The position numbers and the translations under genes were made by a program. From a bacterium (lineage in GTDB: Bacteria > UBA8248), in the NCBI GenBank assembly GCA_965213685.1, contig CBDBZY010000064.1:1056001-1120000 (forward strand): 64,000 bases of DNA, in the 5' to 3' direction. Positions within the stretch are counted from its first letter, which is position 1, and every line of letters starts with the position of its first letter. The notes below the pieces were generated by a model. It was not told the DNA's origin. It worked only from the letters and a program-made list of their open reading frames with translations, and made no database searches. Below, one piece after another: positions 17,872-43,494 of this stretch.

Positions 17872-18930
17872 ATGTCCGGGTCTAAGCCGCGCGTTGTCGT
17901 AGTCGGTGCCGGAGTCATAGGTCTGTCTGTGGGGCTCTGTCTAACTAAAACTCTGGGAAATCAAGTGGATGTTACAATCATCGCCGACAAATTCAGTCAA
18001 AGTGGCCGCATCACCAGCAATGGAGCAGGTGCAATCTTTTTACCCTCTGTGACGAACTACACCACCACTACCACTATAAACACCAAATTCCTCAACGATT
18101 CACAACGCTGGGCAAAAGACACTCACAAATGGTTGATGGAAGTGTACCAGTCTACTGCTCGATTTGATGCTGGCTTAGCTGAAGTTTCCTTTTTCCACTG
18201 CTACAATGGAAAACACCAAATGCCTTGGGCAAAGGACATGTTTGCGGATTTCAAGTCCCTTTCCAGTTCTGAAGTAAAAACTGCATGCTTGCCATCGAGA
18301 CTGCAGACAGTGTGGTTGTACACAACCTTCTCTATCATCCCTACTAAGTATCTTCATTGGCTTACCCAAAAGTTCAAGGAAAATGGTGGACTGGTTGCTT
18401 GGCAGAAAATCCACAGCTTAGATGAGCTAAGGAACTATGATGTCATTGTCAATTGCACTGGACTGGGAGCACGAGAGTTAGTTGGTGACAACACTGTGTA
18501 CCCCGTTCGTGGCCAGATCATTGAAGTTAGAGGTCCAAATATATCACAAGGATTCTACAACAGAGAGCCAGGCCTGACTCACGTTGCATACCTTTTCCCT
18601 CGAAATGGTCGTATTGCACTTGGAGGAACTGCCCAGCCTCACAATTGGTCAACAGAAACAGATGCTACTACGACTGATGCAATATATGAAAAGTGTCTGG
18701 AGCTCTGCCCACAACTGGAGGGAGCAGAGGTGGTGGATGAGTGGGCATGTCTGCGTCCAGTCAGAGACACTGTACGACTAGAAATGGAAAGTGAATCTTC
18801 TCCAGTCATCATTCACAACTATGGACATGGAGGACAAGGCTATATTACCAGTTGGGGGTGTGCTCTCGAGGTCACTGGTCTAGTTGAAAAGTGTCTTGGA
18901 GGGAAAATCAAGGTGGTGGCAAAGCTATGA
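17872..18930 (+). CDS. D-amino-acid oxidase / D-aspartate oxidase family FAD oxidase, peroxisomal, single exon
   Basis: VVVVGAGVIGLS Rossmann motif, TSNGAGA, VNCTGLGARELVGD..VYPVRGQ, LRPVR, HNYGHGGQG...SWGCA; C-terminal PTS1 AKL. DAO versus DDO not resolved. Confidence 0.93.
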   Translation: MSGSKPRVVVVGAGVIGLSVGLCLTKTLGNQVDVTIIADKFSQSGRITSNGAGAIFLPSVTNYTTTTTINTKFLNDSQRWAKDTHKWLMEVYQSTARFDAGLAEVSFFHCYNGKHQMPWAKDMFADFKSLSSSEVKTACLPSRLQTVWLYTTFSIIPTKYLHWLTQKFKENGGLVAWQKIHSLDELRNYDVIVNCTGLGARELVGDNTVYPVRGQIIEVRGPNISQGFYNREPGLTHVAYLFPRNGRIALGGTAQPHNWSTETDATTTDAIYEKCLELCPQLEGAEVVDEWACLRPVRDTVRLEMESESSPVIIHNYGHGGQGYITSWGCALEVTGLVEKCLGGKIKVVAKL

Positions 18931-19735
18931 TAATAGATATTATGGCAATCTGTGTATATATGTGGCTTGATGAATGACATTGTCTATACTCTAGAACTAT
19001 ATATACCTTGAACAGTGGCATACACAAAATTAATACAATGGATATTGCTATGCATGCACTATCCGTCATGGAGGGATGTCGACTACACCATGAACAATGT
19101 TAGTGCAGACCAGTGAGTAGGTTATTGTACTGCATCTGGTGTCACATGGGGGTACATCTATTGACCTTTGTATAGAGGTTGTCTCTGAACTTGGCCAAAG
19201 CACACCACTGAATAGTATTCCGGAAGTAGATACAAGTCATATTACAGTACATAGAGGCTTGGCCTGGTGTAAATACGTGTAGACATGTAACCTTATGCAC
19301 TATCTATGGTTATGTTGTGTACCCTTATTACTTTATGATTAATTTTAAGACTTGTAACTGGAGTGATAAGTAGTTTGACCTGCATAAAGCTAAGATATTG
19401 TGCAGCTTTTTGGGTACTCCAGCTTAGCCTACTGTGAAACAATGCCATGAACAGTTGTCAAATACCATACTATCAGTATACTATTGAGTACTATCAGTGT
19501 GGTCAACAGGTGATATGCAGTTCTGAGGGAGTTGGCTCTAGAGAGTAGGGTGTTGCTTACAGTGCACCCAATCCCAGTGCTGCAGCATTTGAGACCAGCA
19601 ATGCATAAAATTAATATCAAAATTACAAGAATAAAAACTGCTATAGAACATGCACTGGAATAATCGATACAATAAATATCTATCACAACAGTGTACAGTC
19701 TTCCTCCTCAGTGTTATATGTACAATGTATGCACA

Positions 19736-33409
<13,674 letters not shown>

Positions 33410-33712
33410 GTTCAACGCTTCCACACACCCGAGCTGGTCACGAGGATAGTGGTAGTCTCCGTTCCGAGCAGATTCAGAATTGGACGTCAGCTAGATCCGC
33501 CCACTCCTTGTTTGAAACTAGCGACCAAGTCTGCAGCCAGTTAGAGGCAACAGAAATACTACTAATAAACTTTCAAACCGTAGTCAAACATTGTTCATGA
33601 ATTAATTCTTGTGCAGGTATTCACGAGATGGCTGGTCACTATAGATATCGTGCGCAACAGAGCGACGGCGTAAAAACTGCTCCACAAACGTATATCTCTG
33701 AGAGTGCGAGCA

Positions 33713-34991
33713 ATGTCCTTCCTCGATCTCCTTCTCGCCGAGGCAATCGCTGCTGGCCTCGCTCGTGAGGCGGCTAGAGAAAGGCAACCACCACCGGAGA
33801 ATTTCTTCGTGCTACCCGATGATACGGCAGCTTGGAAGAGGTTTCAAGCAGCTTCTCAGAAAGAAAATATGGTTGTGGCTATCGAAGTAACCGACAACAG
33901 GGCTGGGAATTGCAGGGCTGTTCAGCCATTGTTTATGGAGTTGGCACGGAAGTTTGAAAGTCTTCCGTTTCTTCGTGTTGAAATTGGTCCAGGGAAGACT
34001 TACGATGAGGTATAAGCAAATTGTTTTCTCTGACGTGTGCCAGTGCATCTTCTTCTTTTTGTACGTATAGCTGAGGAAAGATCTCGGTGGAGTGCAGTAT
34101 ACTCCCACGGTCCTTATTGTGTTTTTTGAAGATGATGGAAAGAGAATTGCCAAGATTGAAGGGGCTGATAAAATTCGGATTGCTATGAGGAGTGGCAATG
34201 CAGAGAAGATCATTCATGCCTTCATGGAGCAGCGAGTGAAAATGAAGATGGCAGAAAAGCTTGCAGAGCAACTGGCCCTGCGTATGGCGGTGGGGCTGGC
34301 AATTGCTGGTGCTGGCAGTGCAAGGAAAAGCAGAGAGCAGCAGCTGAAGGAAGAATTTGAAGAGGAGATGGTAAGGGAGCTTAAAGAGTCAGAGCAACGC
34401 ACAAAGGAGCTTCAAATAAGGGAGCTGTCTGAAGAAGAAGCGAGGATTGAGGTGTGTACTGCATGACAATAATGTATCTCTCACATGGTGCTATGCAAAA
34501 GTTAAGAATTTAGCACATACTCCTGACTGGGGCATCCTAGCTCTCATGCTCTTTCAGAACCCTTTCATTATTGAGTATGTTCAGTATACTTTCATATAGG
34601 AAGAGAAGAAAAAGAAGGAAAGCCGGGCTGGAAAAGTGGGTATGCTACTGCAGCTGGACATGGAAAGTGTGAAGGAGCATGACCTTCGAAACATAATGGA
34701 TGGATTGGGTATAGATACAAAAGGGGCCAGGAATGTCTCTGAACTCAAAAAGAGACTTATAAAGAATGTGCCAGAGTTGAAGTCTGATATGGAGTCAAAG
34801 TGAGTGTCAAAGTATGTACCTCTTCAACATACTCTGTAACCAATGTTATTCTTTCATAATATTTGTATAGGTTAAAGAAGCTGAAAGAAGAGAAGGTTAA
34901 GCTTGATATAGAAATGGATTCTCTCAAGGCACAGATGGAGAATAAAGCGAAGGCCATTCGTAAGCTGGAGGAAGATCTAAGTGCCCCGTAA
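33713..34991 (+). CDS. Thioredoxin-fold (single Cys) + coiled coil + SAP/HeH-like protein, paralogue A
   Basis: Exons 33713-34009, 34071-34451, 34600-34799, 34871-34991, GT-AG, in frame. VVAIEVTD..AGNCRAVQPLFMELARKFESLPFLRVEI...LGGVQYTPTVLIVFF resembles the Trx fold with cis-Pro; C-terminal VKEHDLRNIMDGLGIDTKGARNVSELKKRL. Confidence 0.8.
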
Positions 34992-35529
34992 TACCTTACA
35001 AAGACACTTTCGCAGAAGAACATTTTATGGAAATATGCGCCTAGATTGTGTCATGTGAACACCGAACACAACAGAAATAAGCATATAGTTTTAGCATGAT
35101 TGCAGGCCTTTTAGTGGATGTACATGAAATATTAAATTGTGTAATAAACTGTTAGTGGCATACGTAGATAAAAGAGTCATGAGGATAGGGCAGAGGGATG
35201 GCTAAAAGTGAAGTCCACAAAAAATGAATAGAATACACAAGCACTGAGCTGATATTGGTATATATCGAAGATACTCCAAGGTGTATATTCTTACTTGTAC
35301 AACAGCTCAACTAATATTCCATTTCGTGCTTCTATTATTGTAAGTATTCATGAGAATGTGAATAATCAATATCGACACTAATCATGCACTGTTAGCAAAA
35401 CGTAACACAGACACCGGGAGGTCTAAAGGTGCTGTAGCTGCTAGCAATTTCACGGAATATAGACGTCACGCCCAAAAAGGCTCATGCACACTCAACGAAA
35501 CACAGTCGCGGGCTTACGCACGCGCTACT

Positions 35530-35929
35530 TCACGTAGAGTAAAAATCTTCCTTCGGTCGTCCATGACACAAGAGAGATTGAATCATCTTCTCCTCTACTG
35601 CTACAAGGGAAGGATATACGCCATGGATCTGTCAAAAATTGCTGCTGCTGTTGTGGCTGTAAATGAACGACGGACCGTACTTTGGAACGATGTAGTATAT
35701 TCAGACTAGAGCTCTCCGTTACATATATTCCCGAACTGTCAGGTCATGTTTTACAGTACTGACATACTATTTTGCTTATGCTTTGCTCTTGTTTGTAAGA
35801 TATTCGCGAATTATAAAGAAGGCATGAGTCTTCGTGACTCTGACCTTATAAAATCTCGGCGCGCGCTAAGTACGCTGCCACAGCCCCCCCCCCCCCCCCC
35901 CCAATGTTGCATGCTTCCTACGCCTATGC
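35530..35929 (+). mobile_element. hAT transposase C-terminal remnant and 3' TIR
   Basis: LRSSMTQERLNHLLLY...MDLSKIAAAVVAVNERR (hAT dimerisation-type motif) followed by poly-C and TTCCTACGCCTATG terminus; the same terminus type occurs at ~47418. Confidence 0.65.
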
Positions 35930-37056
35930 ATAAGACCAATGGACTGTCAGCAGGTACTATGAATGAAGTGTGAACAGAAAAATAAACAAATAAAGTTGTG
36001 TATCACAAGTCACATTTTTGTAGATGGCTATGACTATGAACGTTAGTGCCTAGCAATGGCTGAGGTACGGAAAATCTTAGTAATGCATATTATGCTACTC
36101 AATCTTGCAGCTGCTGAGCCAGCCCTGTCTCAGCCTGAAGAATGCAATGTGTTGGGACTTGCAATAACAACTGTTCTTGAGATCTGTGTTCTATTTTGCT
36201 CTTGCTTCCTCCTTCCCTTCCTCCTGTCTCTACCACCAGTACATGTAGCAGTGGCTTGCTGTTGAAATCAGTGTGGAAATGCTGCAACAATAATGAGAGT
36301 TCGGAAACTAATATCAGCTGTGGTTTTCCTCCTTTAGTGTTTTCTTACATTTATTCGTGTCATATAGAACTACGTCATTTGATTCTGACATGATGGCGAA
36401 AGACTTTTACGACAGTCAGTGTGTGGTGTGTTGCATGCATTGCATGATTGCAACTTGTTCTGTGAATAAAACCTTTTTCTTACGATGGAAAGACCTCCCA
36501 TATGGCGGTTGTGAACGTTTTAAACTGTAGTGACTCGAGGGTGCGCAAACAAGTCAAAGACTATTGATTGATTTTATCTTGAGCAAATGTCAGTCCCATT
36601 ATACTAGGTAAGATTATTCACTTGCCGAACAAGGCAAATAACTTCGCTGCATGGGGCGAAACGCGTAAACGCGTCAACATAATAATTGGAATGTAATTTA
36701 CTGCGCACGCCCGCATTGCGCAGGACCGTACGCTAGCATCGTGGAGCCACGCCTTCTCGTGTACGCTTAGTAGTCGTACAGCGAACAGCAGTATGCATTA
36801 GGCGCCTCGTCTCTTAGTAGAAAGCAATAAAGAGTGAGGACAGCAGAGTCACAAGACGAAAGATAGAATATTATGGCAACTTCTTCAAACGTCACAGTCA
36901 GTGCCATGTTCATACTTCTGTGTCTAGATATACGCAGACTAAACTTTGTCCCCTCCAAACCGGAAACGTATTTTATATGACATCCTGTGGCGATAACTAG
37001 AAAAACTGATTCCTGGTAGCATTCTGCAGTAAGCTACACTGGCTCTCGCGTAAAAA

Positions 37057-37918
37057 ATGTCGTTCCTGGATCTGCTTCTAGCCGAAGCAATTGCCGCAGG
37101 CCTTGCCCGTGAGGCGGCTAGGGAGCGGCCTCCGGAAAACTTTTTCGTCTTGCCAAGGGATCCAAGAGCGTGGAGAATGTTTGTAGCCGCATCAGAAAAG
37201 GAAACCATGGTAGTTGCGATTGAAGTAACCAACAACATGACAGCGAATTGCAGGGCCGTACAGCCGCTGTTCATTGAGCTGGCTCGAAAGTTTGAGAGTG
37301 TTCCCTTCCTTCGCGTTGAGATTGGTTTGGGAAGAACTTACGATGAGGCAGGTTTATAGAGTTGATAAAGCATACTTTCATGCATTTTACTCTTTAACTT
37401 TTTTTAACGAACAGCTCAGGGAAGACCTCGGCGGAGTGGAGTACACTCCTACGATTCTGGTGGTACTGTTTCAAGAAGACCGGAAAAGAATCGCCAAGAT
37501 CGAGGGAACTGACAAGATTCGCGGTGCCATAAGGAGCGGCGCAGCAGAAGCACTTATTAGTGCATTTATAGAGCAGCGAGTGAAGCTGAGAATGGCAGAC
37601 AAACTTGCAGAGCAGATGGCCATGCGTCTGGCACTGGGTCTGGCGGTAGCTGGGGCGGCAGGAGCAGCCGCTGCTAGGAGGAGTAGGGAAGAGCGGTTGA
37701 AAGAGGAGTTTGAAAAAGAGCAGGAAAGGGAGATGACACAAGCTCAACGACGTACTAGACAGCTCCGAGACAGCAGCGACAGTGAGGTATGTTCACATAC
37801 GATGTATCCAGCTATAATACTTGTATGATCACATGCTGAACCTTTTTCGCCTGTATTATTTTAGGAAAACAAAGAAAGTGCTCTTGAAAAGCTGATGAAA
37901 GAACTACGCCATCAGTAG
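37057..37918 (+). CDS. Thioredoxin-fold + coiled-coil protein, paralogue B (C-terminally shorter)
   Basis: Exons 37057-37347 (GC donor), 37415-37786, 37865-37918; highly similar to paralogue A (MSFLDLLLAEAIAAGLAREAARER), ends ENKESALEKLMKELRHQ*. Confidence 0.75.
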
Positions 37919-40004
37919 CAATACAAGACAATAGTAGTATAAGTGTGTGTTTATTATTATCCCCTTACAATACTGGCTATTGGCTCACTACTTATACTGA
38001 TATTGTTCATTATGTATGCAGAAGTACTTCTATGTTACTATCAACACTGCGAGAAAAGTTGCTCACACTCTGCCGAAAGTATGTAGATACTAAAGTATGA
38101 ATGATACGAAAGGGTGGATATATTTTTTGGGCCTACACAAAAATTGTGACCAAAGAGCTAGTAATTCTTCTTCACCTTCCATACTTAACCCTAGTCTCGC
38201 GAGCAGACGTAATACGCGGGGAATTACATCTGGCCAGACTACCAGCATTGCGTGTACTGAAGGCCGAATGTGATTACGGTATTACGTGCGTAGTTGGGCC
38301 TCGAGTAGACAGATTGCAGGTGGCAGATGGCGACTCTTCAGGTGTCAAAGATCAGCCAACGTGTTTGTTTTGTAGGACGGTTGTCTTGCAGTGGCAACAG
38401 CATCGTCGATTGGTTTTCTGAAAATGCATCCTGTTTCCACCCACGTCTCCCAGTACACACGGGTAGTAATTATGTAAATACTGCAATCTGATTGGTGGCA
38501 CCAACATTCCTGCGACGTTCGGAATGCTGGCCATAGTCACCAGACGGAGTTTTCCGTCTGCCCGTCGTGCTATAATGATTTTTGTAATTTACTAACTGGT
38601 TGTGGATTCACTCTGAATAATCTCTTGTGCATGCGTGGGTACGCTGCAAAAACATAGTTATATTTGAAACGTTATTACCTCAGTTGCATGTTTGTTCTCT
38701 CAACACTTGGCACAGGAAAATGTTAAGAACGTGCAAAGTGTGTGGGATATCCTCCATGAAATCTCGGGGATACAGTGATGACAATTCCGTGGTACATTAC
38801 CTTGCAGTGACCTATTATAAACTGTTTACCCATCACATGTCAGGTTTTTGCTGTACCACAACACAAACTTAGATTATTCTGGGGACACCCTTCACCTTGT
38901 ACACATGCATCCAGTCTAGAGAAATAGACTCTCAGTGTGGGAGTGAGATGGCATCATTCAGCTGCAAGTGAGATAACCTTAGCAAGGTTAAACAAACCAT
39001 ACCTCTACAAAGTAGAGCTGAGAGAGGCAGGCAGGCAGGGAGAAAGGGAGAGAGGGGAGCATTGCAGCACATCATAAATTATTCTTGTCATTATGCCACT
39101 GGTCTTCCTGTCATTGTTTGCACAGAGGAATAGAAGTGAGCCCAGCCTCTACTGGCACAAATCCAGCTGCACAAGTGTTGTTCTCTCTTCAAGCACAATC
39201 GGTGCCTTCTATGCATAATTTTTGTCATAATTCATGTCATAGTCTCTGGGTTTAGTGGCAATCACCACCTTTGAATTTGATATCCTTAAGTGAGTATGAA
39301 GAGTGCAATACAGCTATTTCATGAAGACATCGGTACCTCTACAATTGGCTACCAACCAGTGAATACATTGACCAGTGACTACATTGATCAGTGAATATTC
39401 TACAAAATGTTATTTTAAGGCATTATCAAATTTTAAGCAAAGTCCAAAGCTTGCTAATATAAACATACGTAGTTTACTCTAGTGAGAAATCATAATATTC
39501 ACATGCTCATGTGAGAATGAATAGTATATGTCTATTCATTATGGTCACACACATGTTCTTATCAGGTGAATGACATGGACCCAAATAACTCTGCTGACTC
39601 TCTATAGGAACATAAAGAAACAAGACTCCCCAAGATACTGGAAGGTATATATTTCTCTTCATTAGAGAGGTGAGGAAGCATTACCAGAATCCGGTAAGTA
39701 ATATCAATGAAGTACAGGTTTTCTCAGCCAGCAATAGACTAGTAGAACAGTCGTCATAGATACAAATGGACTTTTGCGATGAATATACAAGAATGTATGC
39801 ACTTTCTAGACAAACAAACAGGTCAGCATGTCTACAATGGGTGTTTATTTAAACTAAATGAATATATGATGCCAGATGGCTGCACTATATAAACAAATAC
39901 ATTGTATAAATGAGTAGTAACAAACAAACCCACTATAAATGTGCGAGTAGCAAAAACACACAACTTTTTGGCATAACGTTATGGTGTCTCAGTCAATATC
40001 AAAC

Positions 40005-42544
40005 TCAAAGTGGCTTTAAATCACGTTCAATTTCATCAATAGACTTCCTCTTCTCCTCTAGTCTCTCCTTCACGTCACTCAGCTCTTGCTCAATCAGCTC
40101 CTCATCCTTTTTCAAACTGTCTAGCCTGTGGTACGTGATGCATCATGTTGTAAAGTTACATAGTTATACCTTGACGGTAATGTTGTAGCCTATTGCATGT
40201 GTAGTATATAAGTGAGTACCTTTATTACATCCCATATAGAAAATTGTGTGTGTAGTATATATGTGAGTACCTTTATCACATCCCATATAGAAAAAAAAAC
40301 ATGCCACATGTGCAGCAGCTGAATATCACCATCATACCACATGTGCACCATAACACAGATGTTGTAAATAAAAAATGTAATATACCTTGACTGTAAGTGC
40401 ATTCGGAGCTCTGGAACTGTCTGCACCAGTTTCTTTCGCAACTCTCCTTTCTCAAATATGCCACCATAAGATATTCCCATGCCTTTCATTATCTCCTTGA
40501 GGTCTTTGGTGCTGGCAAAACTAAGGTCAAGATCTAGCAATTTCTTGACATTCTCAGAGCGAGCCTAAAGATAGGTATGTTGGTTGTGATGGAGTCCTAA
40601 CATGAAGTTACCATTTCTAGTCTAGCATATGTACATACATACATGTTTTATCTCTTCTTCTCTTTTCTTGCGCTCCACTTCCTTCCTCTTTCTCTCCTCC
40701 TCCAACAGCATTTCTCTTATTTCTCTCTCTCTTTTCTCAGACTCTTCCATCTGTCGTTTGACATCTTCCTCATATGCTTGCTTTAGCTGGTTTTCTCTAT
40801 CTGCTGTCTGAACATGAGAAAACTGCTGAGCCAGATGTTCCACTGTTTTGAGATGAACACGGCGTTCCAGGTACCTGCATAATGGAATTTCAAAGGTTTT
40901 GATTTGTGTCACCAATATGAATTGCATATTTGTAATCAAGGTTGACAATATTTACATTTACCTCCGCATCAGCCTTTCCATCTGCCCAGTTCTGATAGCT
41001 CCTTCAATTTTCATGTCTCCCTCAACTTTGCCAATCTCGAGGCCATCATTATGGAAGAACACCACAAGAATAGTAGGAGTGTACTCCACACCACCTAAAG
41101 TGTCACGGAGCTGAGTGCAGTGAAAACGGATATAAAATATCAGATGCAAAAAGAGGACTGAATCCATTTTTTAGTAATTGCTTTGAACTGATACTTTTGT
41201 GTTCTATCTGTGACAAAGTACCAAACACTGATGCCATAATCTCTGCCCCAATCCCAATATATTCACCACTATTCCTGACTGGTCGTGTCATCATTACATG
41301 TACAGACGTAGGTCATACCAGGAGCACCCTAAGACTTCTCTTCTTTTTTTTTTATGGTGCTACCAACACATCATTTAAGCTATGCAACACACATGCTCCT
41401 CTTTTTAAGCCAAAAATGGATTACAAGGCTACAATGACATCAGTGCTACTTTGAACAGCTACTAACCAGTATAATTTATATGTATAGAAAACCACATGCC
41501 TTAACACTGAGTGTACACCAATCATTTTTATGAAAACATACACCAGAAAATCTTAAGTTTGATGGTCAGACCCCATTCCAAGAGATTATTGCTCTAGTGT
41601 AACTGTTGTATTAACCTAAACTCTGACACCTATAATCCTACTTCACTCTTGGAATGAAAACTTTTGTGCAACAGCCTTTGATGTAGCCCCAATCAAATCT
41701 TGGTGACACTATTGATTTGGTTATTCATTGCATTTGTAGGTGTGACATAACTTGCTTACTGGCATGATTACTACCTCATGCCTGATTATGCAACACAAGC
41801 CCTATATTTTTGAGCAAAAAGCTACCATCACTACACAAAAGTATGCAAGTTGGTGTAGGAGTGCAAAGCTACAAGACAGATAACAGGGATAGGGAGTATA
41901 ATTATAGTTTGTTTAAATTCTGTCCTAAATGTGCCAATGGTACATGTACCACATTGGTCTGGGGTGGTCCTTCCTTGGTCAGTGATGGTCCTTCATTGAT
42001 CAAGTCATGTGGTTTCTGTGTGTGAAACTCAGCTCAACAATATAGCGGCTTGTGTTGCATAATCAGGCATGAGGTACTCCATGCTTCATCATCATTCCCA
42101 TGACAACTAGTTACAATAATAGCATGTACTCTACATCCAGGTTTTGTCTCCATTCCTTTTTATGCAATCCCTATATACCCTTCAAAATTTCAATTTTTTT
42201 AAATTTACTTGTATTCTATGTGTACTCTCAGTAGCAATTACCTCTTTGTAAGTCTGACCAAATTCAATCTCCACCCGTACAAACGGGACACTCTCGAACT
42301 TATGTGCCTCATTTACAAACAGCGGCTGCACTCTCCTGCAGTTAGGCTTGCTGTTATCGGTCACCTCCACAGCTATGACAAGGTTTTCTTTGATGCAGGC
42401 TTCGTGGAATTTCCTCCATGCCTGAGGATCCTTCGGGAGCACAAAAAAGTTGGGAGGCGGAGGCTTCTGCGGCTCTTCGGATTCGGCCCTGTTAGCCAGA
42501 CCGGCAGCAAGAGCCTCTGCAAGGAGCAGGTTAAGGAAGGCCAT
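40005..42544 (-). CDS. Thioredoxin-fold + coiled coil + SAP/HeH-like protein, paralogue C
   Basis: Exons 42544-42242, 41110-40962, 40874-40643, 40564-40386, 40125-40005, GT-AG, in frame. KPNCRRVQPLF, LGGVEYTPTILVVFF, STKDLKEIMKGMGISYGGIFEKGELRKKL. Confidence 0.8.
41772..42076. mobile_element. MITE with ~30-bp TIRs in intron 1 of paralogue C
   Basis: TACCTCATGCCTGATTATGCAACACAAGCC ... GGCTTGTGTTGCATAATCAGGCATGAGGTA. Confidence 0.7.
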
Positions 42545-42699
42545 TTCCCCGCTCTACATATAAAGTGGGCGTATCTGTTGAGTGTATCTGTCCGATTCTG
42601 AGTCTGTTCGGATACCGGCTCTCCGTTCCGAACGGACTCAGAATCGGACAGATACGCCCACTTTTTGGCTTTTTTTTGGCTGGCTTTTCATCATTACAG

Positions 42700-43265
42700 C
42701 TACGTACTTTCCAGAATGGTGAGCGTACCACAGAACCATACTTTTGTTTGTCATGCTTGTACACATTGCTTTGTTGTATATTTCCTTTTTCATTTCACTT
42801 TCCTGTTCTCATAAAGAAAACAGAGCCACTGCCTCATACCTACACAAATGTAGCTGACCTCCCTGCAAACTTCACCTGGATGGATGAGGATGGCATCAGC
42901 TACCTTACCGTTTCACACAACTAACACTCCTCAGTGTATGTCTCTGTGTCTTGCTACACTAATCTGTAATACATTTGGTTCTTTGACACTGCTCCCTTTC
43001 GCCTTCCCTCTTTCCCTCCTTCCTCACCTCTTCACCTGTTGTAATAGTCTGTAATGTTTTTGTCTGCAGACTATGGGTCCTGTTTGGCAATGGGTACCAC
43101 ATCTGCATTCAGTGACAGGATAAGGATTATGAAGAAAGACACATTTCCTCAAAATGCCCTGGCCCTGCAGGTGCTCATCAATTGTGGTGGAGGGGGAGAC
43201 CTGGTGGAGTGTATGAGTACATTCACTGGAATGGTATCCCAGATGAAACCCACCAAACCTATGAG
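42700..43265 (+). pseudogene. Cathepsin X pseudogene fragment (copies of exons 2 and 3 with intron)
   Basis: Near-identical to 33241-33098 and 32840-32629 but with a 90-bp insertion, CAG>TAA stop in NQHIP, YCGSCW changed to YYGSCL, deletion around CDGGN and no downstream exons. Confidence 0.85.
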
Positions 43266-43494
43266 GTCAGATATGGAAATATAGAGCAATGGATGCATGG
43301 AACTGGATTTAATATCAAATCCTTCTAAGAAAATCTTTTTTTAATAGGTCTCTCAGAAATATAGTGGTTGCAAGTATATGTCAGTCAAAATGCACGTTTT
43401 TAATGAACCTCAAGCCTAAGTTCAATAAGACTTTTTTTTGGAAAACTGTTAAAACACTTTCTAGAGAAAATCCACCATACCAACTCTAGTTCAC

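Noticed and set aside
33890-33915. Possible selenocysteine (UxxC) in the thioredoxin-like genes
   Set aside because: No in-frame TGA at the first CxxC position in any of the three paralogues.
42565-42924. 119-aa ORF as a functional short cathepsin
   Set aside because: Ends at a premature stop before the catalytic Cys; downstream exon has motif substitutions and a deletion.
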